Shown: in pieces, positions 42,244 through 56,894 of the stretch | How the letters are laid out: each line of letters begins with the position of its first letter | How positions within the stretch are numbered: the stretch's first letter is position 1 | Source: Adineta vaga | Lineage: Eukaryota > Animalia > Rotifera | Length of the DNA stretch: 64,000 nt | Direction: 5' to 3' | Assembly: GCA_021613535.1 (NCBI GenBank) | Contig: CP075494.1 | Coordinates: 14,508,001-14,572,000, forward strand | The notes under the pieces: generated by a model | Told to the model about the DNA's origin: nothing | The model's input: the letters and a program-made list of their open reading frames with translations, nothing else | Databases searched by the model: none | Made by a program: the position numbers and the translations under genes

Positions 42244-43899
42244 ATGCTGTTGGAAAAGAATAACCGAATGAATTCATTCAACGGAGAAACTTCAAAAAAT
42301 ATTGCTAAAAATCAATCAGTATATTCTGATATGGATGGAATATTTGATTGTACTTTAATCAAAGTAAAACAATTCAAGGTCTAAATTATTCGGAAATAGT
42401 TAGTTTATACGTTACTTTTAGTACAATGATGATAATAGCGCAATTTTAGATGAAATTCAAATTAAGATTGTCAATGATTCTTTGAAATATTCTTTGTTAA
42501 TACTTAAGTAAGAATAATAATAGATTATTTATGATTAATTCAAGTCTATGCAATGATTATTATAGGTCGAGCGATGAAACAAGTATTGATATATCGGATA
42601 GTAATATTGAATCAGTGAAATCTAGATTCCATTCCATGTAAGTATGATACTTGAAATACTAAAAGCAGATTAATGCTTATTTTACTTTTTAGATTCCACA
42701 ATCTAACAGGAAACGTTTGGAAATACCGAGAGAGATTTCTGCAAGTTCCAGGTAATTATTATTTGTTGACAAATGATTTAAATTCATTGGTAAGAAAAAT
42801 GATTTTTCTACATAAATTATTTGATGAGGAAATTTTCCTTTTCATTTTAGTCAAGTTCTGAAGAACAACAAACGATATTAAACAAAATAAATGATATGCC
42901 AAGATTTTTTTTAAACGAACGAGCTTTCTTCAATATTCGAACAAATTCAATACAAGAAACGTATCCATATACTTTTAATGGTACAAATTGGACGATTATC
43001 ATTCCAGAAATCTCAAATGAAAATCAAATCAAATCATCATTGTTATCCATTAGATCATTTATTGTTAGAATTGGAGTCGTTTATGAAAATGACTCGTCGA
43101 TCTGTATGACATATGGAAGTGGTTTTCTTATCACAAGTAGTGAAATTCTAACCTGTGGTCACATATTTGACCCAATTACATGGGACAAAGAGAAAATATC
43201 ATATTCGAAAATTTACATTACATTTTGTGATCCAGCACCGAACAAAATTTTTTCTACATTACATAGAAATGAAACACTATATTCGGCGAAAGTTATTCGA
43301 CGTGGTTTATCAAATCAACATATCGATGAATTTAGTGAAATTAAACAAACCGATACTGATCTTGCTCTATTGCAGCTAGAGGATCAGTTACCAAATCTAT
43401 CGAAAGATACGTATTTTGATCCGAAAGTGAATGTAATTACAGGTGATATTCCAATTAATTCAAGATTGTATTTAGCTGGATATAATGGAGAATCGAAAAA
43501 AGAGTATGAGTTAAGTCCATACAAATATCTGAAAAATTTCCAAGGATTAACAATGGATAAATTAAATAAACATCATAATGGGAATTATAAATCAATTTCA
43601 ATTGGTAATTTTATAAAAAAATCAAGTGAAGATAATCCATATTCTTTTCATACATGTAGTACATTATCAGGTTCAAGTGGTTCGTTGATTCTTGATCTTT
43701 ATGGAAAATTAGCAGGGGTACACATCGGTATAAACAATTCCAGAAAAAAAAGAGCAGTGAAATGTTCTTTACCGATGAAACTTTTAATCAATATCTGTCA
43801 ATTAATTCTCATCAATTTCAACAATTTATTCATGAAACAATTTTACCAAATATAAAAGATAATAATGTTAAACAACAATGGTTATTTTCTTCTCGATAA
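42244..43899 (+). CDS. WGR-like domain + trypsin-like (Trypsin_2/V8-type) serine protease fusion; 5 exons; probable -1 frameshift at 43744-43751
   Basis: Exons 42244-42378, 42422-42507, 42566-42637, 42693-42789 and 42851-end splice in frame through GT-AG introns. The N-part has VYSDMDGIFDCTLIKV..SVKSRFHSIFHNLTGNVWKYRERFLQVPGNYYLL. The C-part has GSGFLI, ILTCGH, DLALL, HTCSTLSGSSGS and LAGVHIG. The zero frame stops at 43855; the -1 frame runs to 43899. Confidence 0.8.
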
Positions 43900-44649
43900 A
43901 AGATTTTTTTGTACATTGTATATTTCTTTTGGTCATTCAAATAAATACTCTTTATCATCGTTTATTGAAGAAAGATAAAATCGATTGTTATAGAAGTTAA
44001 TAATCATAAATTAAAAATCGAATATCATGTTTAAAACTTTGATTTTTTGTTCTTCATTTGTCATTGTTTGATGATTCTGAAAAAGAATATTTATAATATT
44101 CTGATGCCTTTGTTGATAGTCAAATATTCAATTTTGAAACTCTTTGCTCTTTCAAATAGAAGAAGATTTCGTCGCTTTTCAGCTAATGAATTTAACTAAT
44201 ATGAAAACTAATTTTGTTCTTGAACAAAAGATCATATGATGAAGAATAAATTAAAGTATTTTTATTCGAATATTCAATTGATAGTGATCATTGTGGCCAA
44301 GTAATGATCGATGCAACGTTTTGTTTAGGAAAGAATTTATGAAAATCTGTTGCATAGGTGAATGCTAATAGAGAATACGAAGTATTGATAAATTTAAAAT
44401 ACAAATAATAATAAGATATCGAATTCGTATGATTGATGAATGAATCAGTGAAATAGATTGATAAAAAGAAGAAAGATAGACTTTCTCTCTATATAGTTTT
44501 TGTAGGGATTAAATAATATCATTTCATTTTTCAACCCACGACTTTTGATTGATTACATAAATGGAAAAGAAAGAACTTTAATTATAAAAACTCACGATAT
44601 TAAGTGATTTATAGAGAAACAAGTGTTTCACGCAAAATAAAACTATACT

Positions 44650-46209
44650 TTAAATAATTGTTACTAGCAATCTACCTTTTGTTACTACTATTTGATTTGT
44701 TTTTGACGCAGGTGAATGGAATCGACGAGCATTATTTATATTTCTTGGTATGATTACAGATTTTGGTCGAATTATTGTTTGTTTTAACTGTTTTTGTCTC
44801 TTTTCTACCGCTGATTGTGGTCTTTTATTTACTAAAATAGGTTCGATTGATGTAGGCAGATTACAATGAGAATATTTTTTTTGCAATGCTAAAGCTTCTT
44901 CAACAAGAGATCGAAGTAATGGAAATTGATGTAAGAAATCTTTTGCTAATATTTGTGGTTTAGCAGTGAGTTTTGTTTGACAAACCGTGTCGGATGGTGA
45001 CGATGAGGGTAAATTAAATCGTACATTATTCATTGTTTTTCGTCTCATCGGTTGATGTTTTTTATTTTCATCATTATCTTCCACAATGGCTTCACGATCA
45101 TCGAAGTTTGCAATAGGAATCGATGCAATATAAGACAAACGATTTTCTTTTGCCTGTGAAATCATCTTTGTTGTTGATGGCGTCTTCATATGAAGAAAAT
45201 CCGAATCCGAATTGAAATATAATGCTGGTGGTTGATAGAAAGATATGGTAGGATCATCTAATGATGGATCTTCTATTGTACGTAAATAATGACTTTTCAA
45301 TTGATGATCATGATGTGTTCGTGTTTTGGTACTTGTCCAACGAGTCTGAATCGATTTGTGATTGTTTGATAATGATGATAGTGGCAGATCACTACGAGAT
45401 AATTGTAAACCGACATCTTTTTTTTCGTTAACAAAATGAATGTGTTTGACAATAGTATCCGATGTCGTTTGTGAAGGAACTACAGATTCAACAATTGGTT
45501 GTTTGACGATAGCTGGGACCCTAAGAATAAGGTGAAAATATGACAATTAGTTCTTCATATATCTTACTTTTTCTCAGTTTTTTTCATGGATTCTTCATCA
45601 AGTACAAACAACTGTGTTAAAAACGTTGTACCATAATGACAGAAACGCACGGCAATATCACAAGTACCAATTTTTGTACCCATTAAATTGAAAAGTGTAC
45701 AACAAAATGTTTGCTGTTCGACCAGTGGTATATCGGTTCCATTTTTCTGAATTGATTGATTCAATATTTCAATCAACTCATTCAATTTTACATTACAACT
45801 ACCAATAAAATGTGATGTATTCGTATTACTCGTATTAATTTGATCAATTAATAAAATAAAAAGTGGAACATTGAGTAAATGTGTGTATAAAGTTTTGAAA
45901 TGTTTTAAATAAACACGATTTTCCACGTTTAAAAGCAAATTTTCCCTTTGCTGTACGAAATTCATAAAATTGATCAGATAATAATTGTCGCCAAGAAATA
46001 TTGGGATATTCGTTTTTCTTCGTATGAAATTCATCTATTTGCCATTGATCAAAATATGGTATCGATACAGCTGGATAATCAAGTAACCGGAAAACAATAC
46101 AAGGTAGATGGCATTCAATATTTAAATCAATTTGAACTTGACTGATAAGTACTTCAATGGAAAGAAGACTCGGAAGATTATCCGACAATTCAGTCATCGT
46201 TCGCGGCAT
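44650..46209 (-). CDS. MAP10: MAP10 (KIAA1383)-like microtubule-associated protein, N-terminal C2-like domain; frameshifted at about 45903, 3' end uncertain
   Basis: LLSIEVLI..PCIVFRLLDYP..FKRGKSCLF / LYTHLLNVPLFILLID..FIGSC..LFNLMGTKIG..VRFCHYG, and later FPLLRSLVEE. There is a 47-nt intron at 45567-45521. The domain switches frame at TTT-AAA-A-CAT with no intron. Confidence 0.7.
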
Positions 46210-46431
46210 CTAAAAATACAATAAGCGAAAAAGAAAATGAAGATTGTTTTAAAATAGATTTAAAAGCAAATTAATTGCAAAAGAAAACAGAAATCGAGAT
46301 GAATACATTTGTTGCATTTAAAAAAATCATATCTTCAACTTATTAGTTATTGAAATCAAAAAATTTACACATTATGAACAATATCTATTGCAATAATAAA
46401 CTGAATACAAATGATTATAGAAGTTAAAATA

Positions 46432-47903
46432 TCACTGTGTTGTTCCTGACAAACGATTCGGACTAACGCCATTACCTACAATTACAAACTAAGAAATAAA
46501 TAATATAAAAATTTTAAATTACTTCGCGGAGTCCTGCTCGATAATCCTGTTTCGTTTTGCTGATTAAGACTAAATGTAAGAAGAGATATAAGTTTCCATT
46601 GTAAACGATCTTTAGTCGTAAAATTCTTAGTTGCATACCTTGAATTTTTGTTTTGTGAAGAAATTGCATTTGATTGGGATGTTAAGCCAACAGTTAAACT
46701 CGATTTTCCACTAGAAGTACTATTCCAAGATTGACTTAATTGCCGACCATAGGCATTCGTCGTTGCTGCTGATGGTACAGATGTTGATAATGGTTCATTC
46801 TCAGGAGTTCTAAATAAAATGAAAATGATCTTCGAAATTCTTCATCGTGAAAATCAAACCTGCGACGAGTAAGAATATCTAAACTATCCTGTAATGAAAT
46901 AATGCACGACTGAGAGATTGATCGAAGAAGTAACATCTCCTAATACAAGAAAAATCAATTAAAAGTTATATTAGTTGATTTTCTATTTACTTTAGACAAG
47001 GAATGTAGAGAAATATCTTCAGGTATTGCCTGAAAAAGAAAAGAATATATATGTCATAAATAATATGATTGTCACATACATCAATAGTGTCGACAAAAGC
47101 ATGTTGATTTACTTCAACACAACGTATAACTTCTTTTAATTCTTTAACTGTTTGTTGATGATGATGCATTCTAATGAATCGAAAAGAAAAATCTTATTTC
47201 AACGATATTCATTTTTCAAGTACCCTACTTTGAATTTCGTCGATTCGGCAATTGAGAACTTTTTTCACTTGGTGAATGTGCCAATGGTGAGACGTTTGTT
47301 TGATTTGTTTTTGGTATTGGCAATGATGAAACATGCTTAATAATAAAATCACTACATCTCATTCAAAGTAAACGAACCTTTCCTACTTACAACATTAGCA
47401 GCATTTGAACCTGAACATGCTCGTATTTTATCAATCCATTTTTGTCGACCTTTGGCATCCATTGCTGAAGCGACAGAGAATTTTACGAAATAGAAAAGTA
47501 CAAAGGAATATGTTTACCTCGAAATTTAAATAATTCACCATTACTAGTTTGTACCGTAAACGTCACATCATCTTCATTGGATGGTGATACCCAACAATCG
47601 GTTAATTCAATGATTCCTCTTGGACCTTTCTTACGAACTTCATCAGGCTACAAAAAGAAAAAAAAACCTTTTTTTTGTGATACTGATCCATTGAAATTAA
47701 TAAATCAATTTACGGTAAAATAAAGTAAAATTTTCGCTTGTGAATCAATAACAAAATATCTTGTTTGATATCCTTTGAATGCATTTGTATACTTGTTCAG
47801 AGGCCCTTGAAATCTGATATTTTTATCAAATAAATAATTATACATAAACAACTTGAAAAACTCACGTCGATTCATCAATTGAATTCCAATTGAAATTCAA
47901 CAT
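46432..47903 (-). CDS. ORP9/10/11-type PH domain + helical region protein lacking the oxysterol-binding domain; about 11 small exons
   Basis: Spliced: MLNFNWNSIDESTFQGPLNKYTNAFKGYQTRYFVID..KKGPRGIIEL..VSPSNEDDVTFTV..GELFKFRAMDAKGRQKWIDKIR, followed by EMLLLRSISQSCIISLQDSLDIL (like the ORP10/11 helical segment) and a Ser-rich tail. The last exon is ambiguous (stop at 46432 or 46472). Confidence 0.75.
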
Positions 47904-48037
47904 CTACAAAAAGGTATATTGAATAAACACATACATGAATTTTATCTGATATATCATAGATTTCATTTTATTTTAGAAAGAACAACAACAAAAAAAAGCA
48001 TAATATTATTTGACATTAAGATGGAATACAAAAGAAA

Positions 48038-48038
48038 A

Positions 48039-48070
<32 letters not shown>
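48038..48070. repeat. (ATT)n microsatellite in the PAK 3' region
   Basis: About 10 consecutive ATT units. Confidence 0.9.
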
Positions 48071-48071
<1 letters not shown>

Positions 48072-48305
48072 AACATGTTTATGTATGTATATGTATAGAA
48101 TCATTTGCGTCTTTGGTAGAAAAAGAAAATCACAGACTATAAGATGATCAAAGTTTTCGTTAGATGTATACGTTGATAAAAACTGAACGTACGAGGAATA
48201 TTTGCGTAGTTTAAACCATTAAAAAAAGAAAAGAATGAAATGCACATTAGAAAAATATGATAACATAAAAAGAAAATGAAAGAAAAAGTACATGTTGCGT
48301 TAGAA

Positions 48306-50907
<2,602 letters not shown>

Positions 50908-51903
50908 TGTAACACTAAAATAAAAATAAATTATCTACTTGAATTGGTCAACAACCAATGTAAATTGTATGTGTGTGAATATGAGTCATCATCGTAAAAA
51001 TTTACTTGAGTTTTTCTGTCTTTCTTATCTAAGTTTTTAATGTTGCTCAAGTCAAATCGCTTTATGATACAATTAATACACATATATTCAAATAAATACG
51101 TTTTTTCTTTTGTTCTATCGTGAAAAAAATAAGTCGAACTTGTGAACAAACAAGGACGTGAAGACAAGCACGAAGATTACATCAGGGACAAATGATGTCT
51201 AGGTATGTTATGGATGTCAAATAGACAAGAAAAGAAAGAAAGAAATAATTCTCTCCTATTTTGTTATTTCAATTTTTACTTTGAAAAATACTTTCACGCA
51301 ATATAGATCAATACAAAATCAATCAACCTTGAGAAAGTTTAAATGTAAGAAGTTAATTTACCTTAGAATATTATAAAAGATTTTCAACAATAATAATAAT
51401 ACGAAATAAATGAAAGACGTTGAAGTGGTTGGCAAAAGCCATTATACTAGAATTGAAGATACATACACATATATATATATATATATAGTGAGATAAACAA
51501 AGAAAAGTAACCATATACAAAGTGAAAGTGTTTATTAGAATTCTGAACATAAGAAGAAGAAGAAAAAAAAGAGAAGTCTAAGATAATTATTCCCCCTTGT
51601 GACAAATATATATATACACATATAAACGAAGATAATGATAAGCAAAAAGGAAATAAATAAAAAGTATGTTAATACTTTTAAATGATTCAATTTTCCTATT
51701 GCCGCTGATTGAGAACATGATTAAATATATGATAATATAAAGACAATAATTAAGAAGAAAAAGAAAAGATGCACCTATCGAAATGAAACGTATTCAGAAG
51801 AATTTTGTACAACAACAAACAAAAAAAATGTTAAGACTTGTAATTTGCTTGATTGAAACTATGAAATGAATTGTACAAATAAGAATAAAGATTTCCTTTT
51901 TTA

Positions 51904-52821
51904 TTAAAAACGATGCTGACGATGTTTATGTTGATTATTAACATCGATTGATGATGATGACGATGATGAAGATGATGCTTTACGTTTAACTGACAACGAT
52001 TTTGGTGAAGATAACTGTTGAATTTCTTCGATATCATCTTCAACTGGTGTATCTTCAGTTAAATCAATAGTATCCGATTGTTGTAAGATAGCAGGTCGAT
52101 AAGATGAATGGTAGTAATGTTTCGATGGTTTTTGTTGTTGTTGTGTTCGACTAGATGATCCCGTAGAACCACCATGTTCAATGGCTAACTGAGGAGCAGC
52201 CGATGGTTGATGAAGACGATGTGAAGTAAGTTGATGAGGTGGTTTTAAATGATAAGGATGATGTGAATGACGAAAACCACTGCTTTGATTTGATCGTTGT
52301 CGCCATTCTTTTTTAAAACTGTCTGTTTCTTCTTCATCCAGATTTTCTAATTCAACATTTTCCGATATCTGACCTGTTTCAACATTCATCTCACGTTCAA
52401 TAACATGTTTACGATCACCAATACGATGACCAATTTGTACTTTATTAATTCCACGTTCTGTATCTCGTATTGCTTGTCGTGTTTCTTCCATACCACCTGG
52501 TCCTCGATTTCTTGACGTTGTTTCTTGATAAACTTTTGGTCTACCATCTGGTCCATTAAATGACATAACTGTTGTTGATGTAAATGAATGAACTGGTGCA
52601 TTCGAAGTGTGATTAGTATCATGCATTAATCTATCCATCATTGCAAATGGTGATGAATTCATACCAAAATCTCCAAGTAAACCATTCATTCCAACAAATG
52701 GTGATGGAATCATTAATGAATTTCCAAATAACGATTGATGATGTGGTACTAATGCATTGTTATTCGTTCGACGATTATTACTGTTCGGAATACCGAATAG
52801 ATCTGTGGGAAAGCCAAACAT
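51904..52821 (-). CDS. MLF: Myeloid leukemia factor (MLF1/2-like)
   Basis: HSFTSTTVMSF..DGRPKVYQETTS..GPGGMEETRQAIRDTERGINKVQIGHRIGDRKHVIER..NLDEEETDSFKKEW matches the MLF core. Single coding exon. Confidence 0.92.
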   Translation of the reverse strand: MFGFPTDLFGIPNSNNRRTNNNALVPHHQSLFGNSLMIPSPFVGMNGLLGDFGMNSSPFAMMDRLMHDTNHTSNAPVHSFTSTTVMSFNGPDGRPKVYQETTSRNRGPGGMEETRQAIRDTERGINKVQIGHRIGDRKHVIEREMNVETGQISENVELENLDEEETDSFKKEWRQRSNQSSGFRHSHHPYHLKPPHQLTSHRLHQPSAAPQLAIEHGGSTGSSSRTQQQQKPSKHYYHSSYRPAILQQSDTIDLTEDTPVEDDIEEIQQLSSPKSLSVKRKASSSSSSSSSIDVNNQHKHRQHRF

Positions 52822-53019
52822 CTGAAAAGAAAACAGAAAGAAATTCTTTTATTTAAACAAACATACACAACGAAATCTTGTTCTTCTTTATACGTATATA
52901 TATATATGTATATACAATAGAAATTCATAAAGAGCATACAAACATCAGACATAAAGAATAGGTGATTAGACCACCAACAATGAGAAGAAGAAGAAGAAAA
53001 AACAGCAGCATCAATACAG

Positions 53020-55907
53020 TTAGATTTTAAGAAGAAATAAATCAAGATTAAGTATTTCTTGTTGTAAAATACTTTGAAGAAGAAAATCAATCGTTAAAAT
53101 TTTCATTGAAAAATCTGAAGTTGTATATTTATGTAAATCTTTTAATAAGAACTTATCATTATCACATGAAAGTATTAAACAATTAGGTAAATTTGTTTGT
53201 TCATTCAATGTATTCAATTGTTGAATGGTTGGAAAATCACGTCGTACATGTCCACCAACTGAATAGATAATTGATTTAATAATTGTTGATGATGGTTGAA
53301 TACTTGGTGTTAAAAAAAATGTATAATCAAGAAATAATAGACGATTTTGACGTTCAATACGTTTTGTTATTGATTGTTGAAAAAGATTTTGTGTTGGTTG
53401 AATTTCTTCATTAAGAATCCAATCTGTTTCTTCAATGGGAAGAAAACGTTTTTCTTCATTACATTTATCTAACCATGTTTTATTTAGTACATAACTCACA
53501 TAATTCAAACATTCATACAGTTTTTCTGTACGTAAATATCGATTCATGATTAAATGTGTTGTTGTATGAGGTAGAGTTGAAATTTTTCCACCTAATGATT
53601 TAATTATTGTTTCATAATGATTCAAAGTGTTTGCATTGAAACCACTAAGCATAAATGATAATGAATCATTCATTGGAATTGGAATTTCAACAGATGCATT
53701 CATTGGTTTTTGATAATGATAAGAATTCTTAAAATAATCATGATCAATATTCATATCTTGTGTATTGCTTGATACATTTTGTTGTTGTTCATTATGACGA
53801 CGAATGGATAAATTGAGCATTTCATCTGTAATACGAATTGGTTGTGACCATGGTAAAAGTAAATCATGAACAAAAATTTGATCAAATGAAAAATGATCAA
53901 TCGTTGGTGTACCTGTTAAACGTTTATAACGTTCTTCAAGTGGTTGTTTAAGTGCACATGTATTTCCTAGATATAATTCCGATAACCATAAACCATTGAC
54001 AATTGGTATTGACCATTGAGTAGCTTTTTTAAATTTATCAGTTTTACCATTTTCACGTGCTATTAAATGTGTATGCCATTTACTTAAATGTCCAGAATAT
54101 TTTCCACCTAATGAACGTATCATATATCGAAGACGAGCACGTTCAATTCCTTCAAAACCAGTCATTGTAAAATAATATTTCATTAATGGTAATTTTTCTG
54201 GATCATTAGGATTGAACGGTGATGGATAATGAATTGCTAGATTAGGTACAAATAATTTCTTTCGTTGTAAAACATCATTTAACCAATGTGCAGTAACCAT
54301 TCGAACATTTCCACGTTTACAAACTTGTCGAAAAAGTTCACTTGTACGATAAGCACAAACAAAATGTGTTAAATTAAGATCATTAACATCATCTATTAAT
54401 AAACCACCATGATCTATAATTGTTTTTGACCATGTTGTAAGATGATCTTTTGAAACAGTTGATGCATATTCATATTGATGAATATATATTATGCAACCAA
54501 CTAAACATTGCGAAGATGGAACTAATTCTTGTTTATCTTGTAGACAATAATTGAGTTCATAAGAAAGTGTTTCTGGTAGTGGATGACGTGATGTTTGAGA
54601 AATAGATTTATTATTCAATAAATTTGTTAAAACAGATGGACGAATCAATTTTTCTTCAATAGGCAATGTGGATTGATTTCCATCTTTCATCGATGATGAA
54701 TGACCATTTTGATTCGAATGTGAATTATTCTGAACTGTAGCATTGACTTTTGTATTACGTTGTCGTGGTGTACCAGCTGTTGCTCTTGCACGCGATCGTT
54801 TTGATGGAAATGATTTTGTTTGTGAAGTATCCTAAAAAATGATCAATGTAATATAAGATCATTCATAATAAACATATACAAAAGAAATCAGATACTCATC
54901 ATCGAGACAACATGTGTTGATGGATATCAATTCGATTGAAAATGATATTAACAAGGATTCGCAATTATTTTTATGACTTACAGATGAATCTTGAGGATTA
55001 CTTCCATCATTGATTCCAATTCCTGGTTCTGCAGATGGTGGTGGTGTAGTTTGATCAGCTTGATTAAAGAAATTTTTTGTTATTAATTGTGAACGATGTG
55101 TACCCGTTGTTGTCTTAGTTGGTGTTTGTTCATCTGTAGATTGATTTGGAAGATTTTCATTTGGTTGTTCATCATCTAAATCATCTTCATCCATATCCAT
55201 TGGATCATTTGGATCTCGTAATAAATCAGGATGATAATCCGTTTCTTCTAACAAACGATCAGCATTTAAACAATCAAGAATCCAATCTGGTGTAATCAAA
55301 TGAAGTTTTTCTGATTGAATTTCATAAGCATGTTGAAGACGTTCATTAATATGTGAAGATAATGTTTCATCTTCTAAATTTGATTTGATGAATGCTGATG
55401 CACATATCATATGTGTACAATTTGAATCATCCAAATCCGATGTCCATCGTCCACCATAATATGTAACTAATGCATATATTTTATTTTGATCTTCGTTTGA
55501 TAAATTTACATTAGCAAATGTACATGGCCGAAAGATATGTTCTGATTGATGACGATCATCATTTCGATATGGATCAATTGGTAATAGAGTATTACATTTT
55601 AAACATGCTGTTATCCAATTTGAATTCACAATTGGTGTTTGATAAATTTCAATTGCTTGTTCTAATTCACTTTTATTACTGTCAAAATCATCACAAATGA
55701 CATGAGTCGTTGTTCCAGTTAAATAAAATGATCGGATAGCACCATTTTGTTTGAATATTGTTTCAAGTGAAGAATCATCAAAGCCAGATGTAAAATATTT
55801 AATTGATGAAAATAATTTTAAATCATTTGTCGACATATCTAAAGACAAGAAACAAAAACTGATAAAAAAATATTTCAAAAAGAATTTAAACCAATGATAA
55901 TAGCCAT
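53020..55907 (-). CDS. PAXIP1: PAX-interacting protein 1 / PTIP (six BRCT domains)
   Basis: N-terminal BRCT pair (TTHVIC..WITAC; KIYALVTYYGG..CTHMIC..ITPDWILDC), a linker, then four BRCTs (CLVGCIIYI..VTAHWLNDVL; TGFEGIER..WSIPIVNGLWL; TTHLI..RTEKL; FFLTPSIQP..GG). Introns at 54981-54832 and probably 55891-55839; alternative start at 55836. Confidence 0.88.
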
Positions 55908-56894
55908 ATTGTTTATTTTTGACATTTTAAAACAATATGCATAGCAATGCACTTTGATATTCAAACGCTAAACATAGGGAAAAACATACTGAAGATGAAT
56001 TAGATTTGAGAAAATGAGATGAGACTTTGTTTTCTATATAATACCAATCATGTTCATTCTCATTTGTTTATTTATTTGTTAGCAATGACAATGATTCATT
56101 CAGTTCATATACTTCATTCTCATTGGTCTATTTATGATGTATCAGGAACTGGAAAAGAGAATAGAAAATGACTGAATCGAATTGTTTCTTTTTTTTTCAA
56201 TATTGCTATGATTTTTTAAGTGATACTTCGGTTATTAATGCTAAAATAATCAATAACGATTAAAAAAAATCAAATATTCATCATTTTCTTTTGAAATGAA
56301 ATTAGAATTAAATCCCATTATACACTATTGAATTGAAACAAGTGTCCATGCTTTGTCTACGAAAAGAAATTGAAGATAACGTATCATAGTTTGCATTAAC
56401 TATACCATTCTTTCTAACTTTATTGAAATCAAGAAGAAATGAATAAAAAAAAACGAAACACAATATTTATTTCTTCACATGCACTACTTTTTAACATAAC
56501 TATCACATCTTTATTATTGTTTGAGGTCGTAACACGATAACTTACGATGAGTATGAAAGTGATTATCAATAGGTGACATATACTTTTGAAAAGTTTCGAT
56601 TTACGTAATAGATTTATCGAGAATCCTCTTCATCAACATGTTAAAATATCTATCATATGATTGTTAACAATGAAAGCAAAACAAATAGTTACTGATAAGA
56701 AATATGTTGTGAATCGAAGAGAAAGAATAGATAGAGAAAAAAAGAATAAGTCTGCTCAAACACAAAGTTTTTTGCTTTACTTTTCGATTGTTCGTCACTT
56801 AAAATAAGTCATAGATAAGCAGTTATTCATTGCATTAGTTCAATCATTTTTTAATCTTTCGATTACTATGAATAATAACTCAAGTTTTTATAGA

